Source of the DNA: an uncultured Actinomycetota bacterium
GTDB taxonomy: Bacteria > Actinomycetota > Acidimicrobiia > Acidimicrobiales > Microtrichaceae
DNA length: 64,000 nt
Direction of reading: 5' to 3'
Assembly: GCA_963773765.1 (NCBI GenBank)
Contig: CAVZCC010000001.1
Span: 18,901-82,900 of the forward strand
Made by a program: the position numbers and the translations under genes
In this document: positions 43,734 to 53,819 of the stretch, in pieces
How positions within the stretch are numbered: the stretch's first letter is position 1
Layout of the letters: every line of letters begins with the position of its first letter
The notes under the pieces: generated by a model
Told to the model about the DNA's origin: nothing
The model's input: only the letters and a program-made list of their open reading frames with translations
Database searches by the model: none

Positions 43734-45686
43734 GTGAGCGAGGCCAGCGGACAGGCGGGCGTGGAGCCCATCACGGATGACGACGCGACGATCGCGGCCG
43801 CCCTGGCGGACGTGAGCATCCCGACGCTCCTCCTGTCGTTGGTCCACATGACCGGTGACATCGCCATCCTGGACGAGCTGCCGCGGCCGGCGGGGATCTA
43901 CCTCAACGAGGTGCAGGGCTTCATGTCCCCGGAGGACCAGGCCGCCGTGCGGGCCCGGGCGCTGGAGGTCATCACCGCCTACCGCGACGGCGGCTGCGTG
44001 CTCCCGCCCCCGCCCGACGCCGGACGACGGTCCACCGCGATGATGAACGTGCTGGTGGCCGACGAGGTCCCCGACGAGTACGTGCCGCTGCTCCTCGAGG
44101 AGCTGGAGCTCGACGGCGTGGACGCCCGGGACGGCGACTGGGGCGCCGCCATCCCCGACGACGTGCGGGCCGGCGCCCACGTGGTGGTCATCGGCGGCGG
44201 GATGTCCGGGATCCTGGCCGGCATCCGCCTGCAGGCCGCGGGTCTCCCGTTCACCATCGTCGAGAAGAACCCGGGCGTGGGCGGCACCTGGTACGAGAAC
44301 CGCTACCCCGGCTGCCGGGTGGACGTGGGCAACCACTTCTACTGCTACTCGTTCGCGCCCAACGACGAGTGGACCGAGTTCTTCGCCCGCCAGCCCGAGC
44401 TGCAGGCCTACTTCGAACAGGTGCGTCACCGACTTCGGCGTCGGCGACCACCTCCGGTGCTCGCACGGAGGTCGTCGCCGCCCGCTGGGACGACGACCGT
44501 GCCCGTTGGACGGTGACCGTCCGCGGCGCCGACGGCGTCCAGCGAGGACCTGGAGGCCAACGCGGTCATCAGCGCGGTGGGCCAGCTGAACCGGCCCAGG
44601 CTGCCCGACATCGCCGGCCTGGAGGACTTCGGTGGCCCGGTCATGCACTCGGCCCGGTGGGTGGAGGGCACGGACCTGCGCGGGCAAGCGGGTGGCGGTG
44701 ATCGGCACCGGCGCCAGCGCCTTCCAGATCGTGCCCACCATCGCGGAGCGAGGTCGGCCACCTGACGGTGTTCCAGCGGTCCGCGCCGTGGATGTTCCCC
44801 AACCCGCACTACCACGACAAGGTGGCACCGGGCGTGCGCTGGGCGCTTCGCCACCTGCCGTACTACGGCCGGTGGTACCGGTTCCTGATCTTCTGGCCGG
44901 CGTGCGACGGCGGGCTGCCGGCCATGCGGGTCGACCCCGACTGGCCCCACCAGGACCGGGCCGTCAGCGAGGTGAACGACGCGGCCGCGGGAGGTCTTCA
45001 CCCAGTGGATGGCCGACCAGGTCGGCGACGACGCCGAGCTCCTGGCCAAGGTGGTGCCCGACTACGTGTGCCTGGGCAAGCGCACCCTGCAGGACAACGG
45101 CAGCTGGCTGGGTGCCCTCACCCGCGACGACGTGGACCTCGTCACCGAACCGATCGAACGCATCGGGTCCGACCGGATCGTGTGCACCGACGGGACCGAG
45201 GTCCCGGTGGACGTGATCATCTGCGCCACCGGGTTCCACGCCAACCGCTACCTGTGGCCGATGGAGATCACCGGCCGGGGAGGCGTGGTGCTGTCCGAGC
45301 AGTGGGGCGACCGGCCCACGGCGCTGCTGGGGATCACGGTGCCGAACTTCCCCAACCTGTTCTGCCTCTACGGGCCGGGGACCAACCTGGCCAGCGGGGG
45401 CAGCCTGATCTTCCACTCCGAGTGCCAGGTCCGGTACGTGATGGGGTGCCTGGCCCGCGTGCTCGGGGGCGGGCACCGCGCCATCGAGGTCACCGCCGAG
45501 GCGCACGACGCCTACAACGAGCGCCTGCAGGCCGAGTTGGCCACCATGGTGTGGTCGCACCCGTCCATCCGGAACAGCTGGTACCGCAACGACGACGGGG
45601 ACATCTACATCCTGTCGCCGTGGCGCCTGGTGGACTACTGGCGCTGGACCCGGGCGCCGGAGCCGGACGACTTCATCCTCACGTGA
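43734..45686 (+). pseudogene. class B flavin monooxygenase paralog 3 (FMO/BVMO-like with N-terminal extension), 5 or more frame changes
   Basis: GTG-start VSEASGQAG...HVVVIGGGMSGILAGIRL...GGTWYENRYPGCRVDVGNHFYCYSF...YFEQV (43536 frame); TEVVAARWDDDRARWTVTVRGADG (44369 frame); GQLNRPRLPDIAGLEDFGGPVMHSARW (44577 frame); GKRVAVIGTGASAFQIVPTIAER (44632 frame); FQRSAPWMFPNPHYHDKVAPGVRW (44768 frame); ADQVGDDAELLAKVVPDYVCLGKR...NFPNLFCLYGPGTN (45009 frame). Confidence 0.6.
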
Positions 45687-45696
45687 GCCGGCCCGG

Positions 45697-46959
45697 GTGA
45701 GCGCACCCCGACTCCCTCCCGGCCTGCCGGTCCCGTCCGGGCACAACCTGGCGGTTCGGATCACCAAGGACGCGGCCCGCCAGGTGCGCGCCGGTCACCC
45801 GTGGCTGTTCGACGCCTCGATCACGTCGCTCCGGTCGCCGGCCGCGGCGACGACCGCTCCGGCGGCCGGCGACCTGGCCGTGGTGTTCGGCGACGACCGC
45901 CGGTTCCTGGCCGTGGGGCTGTACGACCCCGCGTCGCCCATCCGTGTCCGCGTGCTGCACCACGGCGCCCCCCTCGCCGTGGACCGGGCCTTCTGGGCCG
46001 CGCGGCTGGCGGAGGCCTGGGACCGGCGGGGCGACCTGACCCGGTCGCCGGAGACCACGGCCTGGCGGTGGGTCCACGGCGAGAACGACCGGATGCCGGG
46101 CCTGGTGATCGACCGCTACGGATCCACCTCGGTCATCAAGCTGTACACGTCGGCGTGGATCCCGCACCTGGCCGGGGTGCTGGACGTGATGGCCGAACGG
46201 CTGGGCCCGGACACGGTGGTGCTCCGCCTCGGGCGCAACGTTGCCGCCGGGCCGACCTTCGGGCTGTCCGACGGCGCGACCATCCAGGGGCCGGTCCCGC
46301 CCGGACCGGTGCCGTTCCGGGAGCACGGCCTGCACTTCGTGGCCGACGTGGTCCACGGCCAGAAGACGGGGCACTTCCTGGACCAACGGGACAACCGGGC
46401 CCGGGTGGGCGAACGGGCCGCGGGGCGTTCCGTCCTGGACGTGTTCTGCTGCACGGGTGGGTTCAGCGTCCACGCCGCCGCCGGCGGGGCACAGGAGGTC
46501 CACGGGGTGGACCTCAGCCGCCACGCCGTGGAGGCGGCCGGGGCCAACATGGCCCGCAACCGCGACCGGCCCCCCGTGCGCGACTGCCGGTACCGGAGCA
46601 CGGTCGGCGACGCCTTCGAGGTCATGGCCCGGCTCGCGGCGGCGGGGGAGCGCTACGGGATGGTGGTGGTGGACCCGCCGTCGTTCGCGTCCAGGCAGTC
46701 CGACGTGGGGGCCGGGCTGCGGGCCTACGGTCGCCTCACCGACCTGGCCCTGGCCCTGCTCCGTCCCGGCGGCACCCTGGTCCAGGCCTCGTGCTCGGCC
46801 CGCATCTCCGCCGAGGCCTTCTTCGCCCAGATCCACGGGCGGGCCGGACGGGCCGGCGTCCGCCTGGCCGACGAGGTCCGGACCGGGCACGCCGTGGACC
46901 ACCCCGTCGGCTTCGCCCAGGGTGCCTACCTGAAGGCCCTGTTCGCCACCGTCGCCTGA
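45697..46959 (+). CDS. class I SAM-dependent rRNA methyltransferase, RlmI/RlmK-like, intact
   Basis: 420-aa ORF; ...VLDVFCCTGGFSVHAA...VVDPPSFA... methyltransferase motifs with N-terminal PUA-like region. Confidence 0.65.
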   Translation: MSAPRLPPGLPVPSGHNLAVRITKDAARQVRAGHPWLFDASITSLRSPAAATTAPAAGDLAVVFGDDRRFLAVGLYDPASPIRVRVLHHGAPLAVDRAFWAARLAEAWDRRGDLTRSPETTAWRWVHGENDRMPGLVIDRYGSTSVIKLYTSAWIPHLAGVLDVMAERLGPDTVVLRLGRNVAAGPTFGLSDGATIQGPVPPGPVPFREHGLHFVADVVHGQKTGHFLDQRDNRARVGERAAGRSVLDVFCCTGGFSVHAAAGGAQEVHGVDLSRHAVEAAGANMARNRDRPPVRDCRYRSTVGDAFEVMARLAAAGERYGMVVVDPPSFASRQSDVGAGLRAYGRLTDLALALLRPGGTLVQASCSARISAEAFFAQIHGRAGRAGVRLADEVRTGHAVDHPVGFAQGAYLKALFATVA

Positions 46960-46979
46960 CGCGCCGCCGCACCACCGGT

Positions 46980-47450
46980 GTGCCGTGGGACAGTGGGGCG
47001 GTGCCGCAACCGTTCCTGTCCGACCGCGACTGGGCCTTCGACGTGGACCCGGACCACCTCTGGGGGCGGATCGCCTCCGTGGACGAGTACGCGCGCTGGT
47101 GGCCCTGGCTCCGGCGGTTCGATCCCGCCGGCGGGTTGAGCGAGGGCGCGCGGTGGCGGTGCGAGGTGGCACCGCCGCTTCCGTACCTGGTCCGCTTCAC
47201 GGTGCACCTGGACCACATCGAGCACGGCAGGGAGGCCCACGCCACCGTCACCGGCGACGTCCGGGGCGAGGCCACCCTCACGGTGGCCTCCACCGTCCAC
47301 GGCGGCAGCCGGGCCCGCCTCCGCTCCCGGCTGGCCCCGGCCAACCCCCTGCTGCGCAGCGTCGGTCGCATGGCGCGTCCGGTGGTGGAGTGGGGGCACG
47401 ACTGGGTGCTGGACCAGGGCCGGCGCCAGTTCGTGAGCCGGGCCTTCTGA
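46980..47450 (+). CDS. SRPBCC (START/polyketide-cyclase-like) family protein, GTG start
   Basis: VPWDSGAVPQPFLSDRDWAFDVDPDHLWGRIASVDEYARWWPW... C-terminal part of ORF 45801-47450. Confidence 0.5.
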   Translation: MPWDSGAVPQPFLSDRDWAFDVDPDHLWGRIASVDEYARWWPWLRRFDPAGGLSEGARWRCEVAPPLPYLVRFTVHLDHIEHGREAHATVTGDVRGEATLTVASTVHGGSRARLRSRLAPANPLLRSVGRMARPVVEWGHDWVLDQGRRQFVSRAF

Positions 47451-47469
47451 CCGGGAACCGGGGTGCCGC

Positions 47470-48195
47470 TCAGGCGCCGCCGTGGCGGTCGTCGGGGGAC
47501 AGCCGCTCGGGCAGGTCCGAGGCCGGACCGTCGTGCACCAGCTCGCCGTTGGCCAGCATGATCCCCCGCTCGAACCGCTCGATCACGTCCGGGTCATGGG
47601 TCGCGACGACCACGGTCGCGCCGTCGGCGCGCACCTCGTCCAGGATCTCCAGCAGCGCGAGACGGCCGGGGGCGTCCAGGCCGACGAAGGGCTCGTCCAC
47701 CAGCAGCAGCGAGAAGGGCCGGGCCAGCGCCACGGCGATGGCGGTCTTCTGGCGGAGGCCGCGGCTGAACTGTGAGGGCAGCTGGTCCTCCCGGCCCCGC
47801 AGGCCGATCCGGTCCACCAGCTCCTCCAACTCCTCGCTCCATCCGGGGCCGCCGTGCATCCGGTTGATGTACTCCAGGTGTTCCTTGACGCTCAGGTCGT
47901 CGTACAGGACGGGGTTGTCCGGCAGCCACGACCGCCACGACCGGGCCTGCAGGGTGTTGTTGCCGAGCCCGTGGACCAGGACCTCGCCCTCGGTCGGCTC
48001 CAGGACACCGGCGGCCAGGCTGAGCAGGGTGGACTTGCCGGAGCCGTTGTGGCCGACCAGCACCACGGACTGTCCCTCCGGCACCTCCAGGTCGACCTCC
48101 TCCAGGGCGGCCACGTCGCCGTAGTACTTGGAGAGGCCCACCACCTCCAGGGCCGGGGGCGTGACCGGCTCGGGGGCTCGGCTGGTGCGGCTCAT
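47470..48195 (-). CDS. ABC transporter ATP-binding protein
   Basis: Walker A GHNGSGKST, signature FSRGLRQK, Walker B LLLVDEP. Confidence 0.8.
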   Translation of the reverse strand: MSRTSRAPEPVTPPALEVVGLSKYYGDVAALEEVDLEVPEGQSVVLVGHNGSGKSTLLSLAAGVLEPTEGEVLVHGLGNNTLQARSWRSWLPDNPVLYDDLSVKEHLEYINRMHGGPGWSEELEELVDRIGLRGREDQLPSQFSRGLRQKTAIAVALARPFSLLLVDEPFVGLDAPGRLALLEILDEVRADGATVVVATHDPDVIERFERGIMLANGELVHDGPASDLPERLSPDDRHGGA

Positions 48196-48250
48196 GTGGT
48201 GCTCCGGGGATCGTTCGGGGACGGGGCCGGACGGGACGGTGCGGGGGCGG

Positions 48251-49891
48251 TCATGCCGGGGACCTCCCCATGCCGGCCTCGGCCATGGACCGGTGCAGGT
48301 CCGCCCGGAAGCGGACCCACAGGAACACCACGGCGCACAGCAGGGCGACGGGCACGGCGGTGGTGGCGACCACCGCGACCGGGTCGGTCCCGTCACGGGC
48401 CGCGCCACGGGCGACCAGCACGGGCACCAGGCCGATGACGGCGATCAGGGGGGGCCACACGGTCCGGAAGAGGAGGCGGGGGCCGGCGACCTCGGGAGGG
48501 ATGAAGGCCTCCTGGGAGCTCTCCAGGATCGCCTCGGACACCACCGTCACCGCTGCGCCGCACACCCCGGCCACGGCTCCCGGGAGGATGGCCATCAGGC
48601 CCACCCGCAGCACCTCGGGATCGGGGCCCACCGCGTAGGCGGCACCCACCGCCACCAACCCGACGCCGACCATCACGATCACCGGCTCGGCCAGGTGCCG
48701 CAGGAGGATGAGGCCCTCGGGCTCGGGACGGGCGGAGAGCAGTCCGGGGTGGTCGATGTCCTGGGCCAGTGGCTCGGTGGCGTCCAGTGCGGCGACATAG
48801 GTGGCCAGTCCGGCCACCAGGATCAGGGGGGTGGTGCCGCCCCACATGCCGCGGAGCGCCAGGCCCACCGCGGCACCCAGGACGAGGACCCGACCGACGC
48901 GGACCACGGGCCACCGGGCCACGCTGCGCAGGTCCCGGGCCAGGACCGGGAACCTGCGGGCGACGGGCCCGGGCAGGCCGGGGAACCAGGGGCGGCCCCG
49001 GGGGCGCTCGGACGCCAGCTGCCGCCGGAGCAGCACCACGGTGCGCAGGTCCTGTTGGGTGACGGCGAAGCGGAGCTGGCCCACCAGGGCGGTCCGGCGG
49101 CGGGCCTGCTCCACCGACAGCCCGCCGATGACGAGCACCCCGATGACGGACAGGACGACCGCCACCGCGACCGGCACCAGGGACACCGGGTCGAAGCCGA
49201 GCGGCCAGACCACCACCCGCCCCAGGACGGTCAGGGGCGCGGTCGGGCCGTACCCGGCCACGTCCGCGATGGACCATGCCAGCAGGAGCCACCCCGCCAG
49301 GAGCGGCACCCATCGGGGCACCAGGCGGCTGGAGGTCACCAGGCCGGCGCCGAGCGACAACGCCGCCACGGCGGCACCGAACACGGCACCACTGGCGAAC
49401 CAGGGCAACGCTGCGCCGCTCAGGCGCTGGTCCATGAGCCCGGCGGCCAGGCCCCCGACGACCACGCCGGCGAGGACGCCGTAGCCCAGGATGCCGATGG
49501 TGGGCCGACGCAGGGTGGTGCCGCGGTCGATGGGGGCGAGCAGGAGGTGGTGCACGTCGGCCGCCTCCAGGGCGACCGGACCGCCCCGCGACCCGGAGCG
49601 GATGCCCACCAGGAGGACGGCGGCGGCCAGCAGGCCGAACCAGGCAGGTCCCTCCTCCAGCACCCGGGTGGTGCCGGCCGGGTCGAGCTTGGTGTCGCCC
49701 ACCAGTCCGGACGCGAAGACCACCACGACGATGGCGGCCAGGGCCGTGGTGTAGGCCCGGTACGCCATCTCGCCCCACTGCTGGTCACCCATGCGCCGCC
49801 GTCGGCGTCGGCCGCGCAGGTCGGCCAGCGCCTGGCGCTCCTCGGGGGTGTCCACCAGGGACTCGGTCGTCACTTCCCCCGATTCTTCCAA
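48251..49891 (-). CDS. polytopic membrane protein, probable ABC exporter permease partner (546 aa)
   Basis: Full-length ORF with many hydrophobic segments; immediately upstream of the ABC ATPase. Confidence 0.45.
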   Translation of the reverse strand: MEESGEVTTESLVDTPEERQALADLRGRRRRRRMGDQQWGEMAYRAYTTALAAIVVVVFASGLVGDTKLDPAGTTRVLEEGPAWFGLLAAAVLLVGIRSGSRGGPVALEAADVHHLLLAPIDRGTTLRRPTIGILGYGVLAGVVVGGLAAGLMDQRLSGAALPWFASGAVFGAAVAALSLGAGLVTSSRLVPRWVPLLAGWLLLAWSIADVAGYGPTAPLTVLGRVVVWPLGFDPVSLVPVAVAVVLSVIGVLVIGGLSVEQARRRTALVGQLRFAVTQQDLRTVVLLRRQLASERPRGRPWFPGLPGPVARRFPVLARDLRSVARWPVVRVGRVLVLGAAVGLALRGMWGGTTPLILVAGLATYVAALDATEPLAQDIDHPGLLSARPEPEGLILLRHLAEPVIVMVGVGLVAVGAAYAVGPDPEVLRVGLMAILPGAVAGVCGAAVTVVSEAILESSQEAFIPPEVAGPRLLFRTVWPPLIAVIGLVPVLVARGAARDGTDPVAVVATTAVPVALLCAVVFLWVRFRADLHRSMAEAGMGRSPA

Positions 49892-49920
49892 CCGGCGGCG
49901 GGGACCGACGAATCCGGCTG

Positions 49921-50625
49921 TCAGTCCGGCCGTCGCCCCAGCGCGATCACGGCCGGGAAGAGCCGGTGGTTCTCCTTGTGGACGTGCAGGTGGGTGTCGG
50001 CCTCCAGCTCGGACAGGCCCCGGTAGAGGGCCCGGTAGCTGGCGCAGCCGTCCTCCGGTGCGGTGTACCCGCCGGTCCGCTCCCGCAGCAACGCGAGGAG
50101 ATCACCGACCCGATCGTGCTCGGCCAGCATCACCGCGATGGGGTCCCTGACGCTTCCCGTGGGGGTCCCGCGGTGGGGGGTGGCGCCGTCCAGGGCCCGA
50201 ACCATGGGGAACAGGACCCGTTCCTCCTTCAGGAGGTGGGGCTCCAGGTCGTCCCGGAGGGCACCGAACGCGGCGGCGACCCCGGCCAGCTCGGGGTGGC
50301 GCAGGCCGTGCACGGCGGTCACCTTGTCCATGAGCGCGCCCAGGCGGGGGAGCTCGCGGTGCAGGGAGGCGTGGTGGGTCTCCTCCAGGTGGTCCACCAG
50401 GTGGGGGGGATCCATGGTGGCCCAGTCGGCCGGCGGTTCGGGAGCCAGCGCGCCCAACTCCCGCACCACCTCGTCGGCGTCGAGCCCCGCCTGCTCGGAG
50501 GCCTCGAGGACGGAACGGTCGCCGTGACAGCAGTAGTCGAGGCCCAGGCGCTCGAACACGCGGGCCGTCGCCGGCCGTGCCGTCACCAGGTCACCCAGGG
50601 ATGTCCCCGCGTCGATGGAGCTCAT
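49921..50625 (-). CDS. iron-sulfur cluster repair di-iron protein (RIC; ScdA/YtfE family)
   Basis: MSSIDAGTSLGDLVTARPATARVFERLGLDYCCHGDRSVLE (DYCC motif) plus hemerythrin-like C-terminus; ATG overlaps the stop of the upstream gene (ATGA). Confidence 0.7.
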   Translation of the reverse strand: MSSIDAGTSLGDLVTARPATARVFERLGLDYCCHGDRSVLEASEQAGLDADEVVRELGALAPEPPADWATMDPPHLVDHLEETHHASLHRELPRLGALMDKVTAVHGLRHPELAGVAAAFGALRDDLEPHLLKEERVLFPMVRALDGATPHRGTPTGSVRDPIAVMLAEHDRVGDLLALLRERTGGYTAPEDGCASYRALYRGLSELEADTHLHVHKENHRLFPAVIALGRRPD

Positions 50626-51443
50626 GTCATTCCTCCCGTTCCCCAGGCCCAGTGGACGCCGGCGGCGGTGACGAGCACCACGGCGAACCCGAGCAGCATC
50701 TGGCGTGCACCCAGGACCGCCACCCGGTGCGGCGGCCGGTGTGCCGTGATCCGTTGCACCGCGACCACCCCACCCACCGCAACGGCACCGGCCAGCAGCG
50801 AGCGCTGTGCCATCACCGCGGTCGCGGCCAGCCCCATGGCGGCCAGGTCGGCCCGCAGGAGCGTGGTGGTGTCCACGGCACGGTGGTGCAGGCCGGCGAT
50901 CACGGCGCGGACCGCGGGGATGGAGGTCACGGCCCTGGCCGCGGGGATGAGCCACACTCCGGCCGCCAGCGCCGTGGGTGCGCCGTCCGCCAGCACGATC
51001 ATGGCCGCCACGCCGCTGATCCCGACGGCGCCGGCCAGTTCCGGGACCAGGCGACGGCTCCGGGACCGCATGTCGAACCAGAGCTCGAGCCCCACCAGCG
51101 GGGCGACGAGCAGCAGGGGCCACCAGAACGCACCGTCGGCCAGGGCCACGGCGGCGATCCCCAGCGCGCCCAGCGCGACGAGTTCGACACCGGCCACGGC
51201 GGCGGCGACCCTGGTCCGGCGCAGGGCCCGACCCCGCCGGAGGTCCACCAGGAGCGTCTTCACCGGGGTGCGCGACACGAACCCCAGCACTGCCGCCGCG
51301 GCCAGGCACCACCCGGCCGCCCCCGGGGCCACCAGCAGGCCCAGGAGCGCGGGCTCGAGCGTGAGCCCCCATCCGCCGTGCTCGGCCGGCACCGCGACGG
51401 CCCGCAGGTCCGACCGGGGGGCCGGTGCCACGTCGGTGCTCAC
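50622..51443 (-). CDS. YwiC-like family membrane protein
   Basis: 273-aa hydrophobic ORF; family call from memory. Confidence 0.4.
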   Translation of the reverse strand: MSTDVAPAPRSDLRAVAVPAEHGGWGLTLEPALLGLLVAPGAAGWCLAAAAVLGFVSRTPVKTLLVDLRRGRALRRTRVAAAVAGVELVALGALGIAAVALADGAFWWPLLLVAPLVGLELWFDMRSRSRRLVPELAGAVGISGVAAMIVLADGAPTALAAGVWLIPAARAVTSIPAVRAVIAGLHHRAVDTTTLLRADLAAMGLAATAVMAQRSLLAGAVAVGGVVAVQRITAHRPPHRVAVLGARQMLLGFAVVLVTAAGVHWAWGTGGMT

Positions 51444-51461
51444 GACGCCCTCACCGCGCGC

Positions 51462-51737
51462 TCATGGGGTGCCGGAGCGGGTGTCGGAGCGGGAGCGGAT
51501 CATCTCGACCCAGTACTCGTCGGGCGGGCCCACGAAGGTGATGGCCGACTGGGGACACACCGACGCTCCCAGCCAGGCCGCCTCGGCCAGCTCGGCCGGC
51601 ACCTCCAGCAGGTGGAGGTCGACGCAACCGTCCTCGTCCAGGTCGTAGACGGCGGGCGCGAACCGGTGGCACAGGCCCCATCCCTGGCACAGCGACGGAT
51701 GGACCTTGACCCGGACCGTCCCATCGGCGGCATCCAT
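51462..51737 (-). CDS. small ferredoxin (single-cluster, P450-type Fdx)
   Basis: MDAADGTVRVKVHPSLCQGWGLCHRFAPAVYDLDEDGCVDLHL...SVCP. Confidence 0.65.
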   Translation of the reverse strand: MDAADGTVRVKVHPSLCQGWGLCHRFAPAVYDLDEDGCVDLHLLEVPAELAEAAWLGASVCPQSAITFVGPPDEYWVEMIRSRSDTRSGTP

Positions 51738-52159
51738 CAGGCCGCTCCGGTGAGGGAGGCCAGCGAGGTGCGCGACATCTCGGCGGTGAGCTGGCCCCGG
51801 GCCCGGGACCACGGCACGTGCAGGGCGCACGTGCCGCCCCCGGCGCAGGTCCGTTCCTCCAGGACGCACCGACCCGTGTCGGTGGGTCCTTCCACCGCCT
51901 CGATGACCTGCAGCACGCTGAGGTCCGCCAGGTCCGCCACGACGACGTAGCCGCCCGTGGGGCCGGGCTCGGACCGGACCCATCCCCGGGCCAGCAGGGG
52001 TGACATGACCTGGGTCAGGAACCCCGCGGTGGTGCCCACGGAGCGGGCCAGGTCGGCGGCCTTGGCCCGCGGCGGCGGATCCGCCGTGCCGGCCCGGCGG
52101 TCCAGCTCCAGCAACGCCCGGGTGGCCAGGTCCGCCTTGCGGGTGATCTCAAGTCGCAT
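51737..52159 (-). CDS. Rrf2-family transcriptional regulator with three C-terminal Cys (NsrR/IscR-like Fe-S sensor)
   Basis: MRLEITRKADLATRALLEL...CVLEERTCAGGGTCALH; stop overlaps the ferredoxin start. Confidence 0.7.
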   Translation of the reverse strand: MRLEITRKADLATRALLELDRRAGTADPPPRAKAADLARSVGTTAGFLTQVMSPLLARGWVRSEPGPTGGYVVVADLADLSVLQVIEAVEGPTDTGRCVLEERTCAGGGTCALHVPWSRARGQLTAEMSRTSLASLTGAA

Positions 52160-52332
52160 AGTGGGAGACTAAGGGATTGCGTGGTGTCAGGGCGACGGTC
52201 GGAGCGGGGTCATCGGTCACGGCTGCGGCGGCGACGGTTGGCGTAGCCTGCGGCGGGCGCGCACGAGGGGGAGCCGTGGCGGAGCAGCGATCCAGGCAGG
52301 AACGACCGGGCGTCCCGGCGGTGCCGTCCCCC

Positions 52333-53175
52333 ATGGACCTGGGGCCGGGGTCGTGGCTGTGGCGCTACGCCGGCGACAACCGCCTCGGGTTCACCGGGCT
52401 GTCCGCGGGGATCCTGCAGCTCATGCACCCCGGCCTGGGCGCCGGCGTGGTGCAGCACTCGGCGTTCTTCACCGAGCCCTGGGACCGCATCTTCAGGTCC
52501 ATCCCGGAGATCATCGGTGTGGTCTACGACGGGCCGGAGGCGGAGGCCACCGGGCACCGGGTCCGGGACTACCACCGGCGCATCGCCGGCACCGACGACC
52601 AGGGTCGCCGCTACAGCGCGCTGGACCCCGGCACCTTCTGGTGGGCCCACGCCACCTTCCAGTTCGCGGTGGAGCGACTGGCCGACCGCTTCGACACGCA
52701 CCAGCTGTCCGGCCCGGAGCGGGAGGAGCTCTACGCCGAGGGGGTCGAGTGGTACCGGCGCTACGGCGTGAGCATGCGCCCGGTCCCGACCGACCGCGAG
52801 GGGTTCCGGGAGCGGTGGAACACCTGCTGCGAGGAGACCCTGGAGATGACCGTCGCGGCGGAACGGGCCATCGACATGGCACTGCACGACAAGGTCGAGG
52901 ACCTGCCCGGCATGCCGTGGTGGACCCAGCCGTTCCAGCGGGAGGTGATCACGCCCATCTTCCGCCTGACCGCCATCGGCGGGTTGCCGGCCAGGGTGCG
53001 GCGTCGCTTCGGCATCCCCTGGGGAGCGGTGGACGCGGCCCAGCTCCGCGCCTTCGAGGTCTGGGTGCGGGAGACCTGGCGGTTCGTGCCCCGACCCATG
53101 CGGTGGGCCCCACGGGCCGCCGACGGCTGGCGCCGCGAGGCGCAGCTCCGCCGGACGGAGGCCGGAGCGGCGTGA
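52333..53175 (+). CDS. DUF2236/MpaB-family oxygenase-like protein
   Basis: MDLGPGSWLWRYAGDNRLGFTGLSAGILQLMHPGLGAGVVQHSAFFTEPWDRIFRSIPEIIGVVYDG...; family call from memory. Confidence 0.5.
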   Translation: MDLGPGSWLWRYAGDNRLGFTGLSAGILQLMHPGLGAGVVQHSAFFTEPWDRIFRSIPEIIGVVYDGPEAEATGHRVRDYHRRIAGTDDQGRRYSALDPGTFWWAHATFQFAVERLADRFDTHQLSGPEREELYAEGVEWYRRYGVSMRPVPTDREGFRERWNTCCEETLEMTVAAERAIDMALHDKVEDLPGMPWWTQPFQREVITPIFRLTAIGGLPARVRRRFGIPWGAVDAAQLRAFEVWVRETWRFVPRPMRWAPRAADGWRREAQLRRTEAGAA

Positions 53176-53199
53176 ACCGCGGACCCGACGGGGCGGTGG

Positions 53200-53748
53200 C
53201 TAGAGCTTGGTGACGGCGTCGCCGCGACGGATCACGCCGGGGGCGATCACCCGGGCGTTGAGCCCCCGGAGCCGGAGCTCCTTGCCGGCCGGGGAGTTGA
53301 CGAACCGCACGGCGTCCTCCCCGAACCGCTCGCGGAACTTGGCGCACCCGTTGTGGGGGCGCTCGGTCACCTCGATCACGGCGCTGCCGACCGACAGGCG
53401 CGTGCCGGCCGGGAGGTTCCCCGTCCCCAGGTCCAGGTCGACGTAGAGCTGGTCCCCGGCCAGCGCCCGGTCCTGCGGCGTCGGGGCGAGCAGCGCGACC
53501 ATGCGGGAGCTCATCACGTTGAGCTGCATGAGGGGATGGGCGGAGCCGTCGGGCGTGTGGCGGGAGCCCCGGACGGACCAGGTGTCGCCCACCAGGCCCA
53601 GCTCCAGGTCCAGCTCGCCCTCGTCCAGGACCTCCCGCTCGTCCACCGCCGGTCGGCGGACGATCATGTCCAGCGTCCCGGTGCGACCGGGCGCGGCGCG
53701 CAGGTGGTCCAGGGCTGCTTCCAGGGTGGCGGTGTCGGTGTGGGCCAT
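53200..53748 (-). CDS. MOSC domain-containing protein
   Basis: ...ERPHNGCAKFRERFGEDAVRFVNSPAGKELRLRGLNARVIAPGVIRRGDAV; alternative start at 53766. Confidence 0.6.
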   Translation of the reverse strand: MAHTDTATLEAALDHLRAAPGRTGTLDMIVRRPAVDEREVLDEGELDLELGLVGDTWSVRGSRHTPDGSAHPLMQLNVMSSRMVALLAPTPQDRALAGDQLYVDLDLGTGNLPAGTRLSVGSAVIEVTERPHNGCAKFRERFGEDAVRFVNSPAGKELRLRGLNARVIAPGVIRRGDAVTKL

Positions 53749-53819
53749 GGCTCGAGTGTGGGGCATCCCGGTCCGCCGGTGCCCGTCGATTTCGGGCTCG
53801 GCACCCGGGCGACCCCCGG

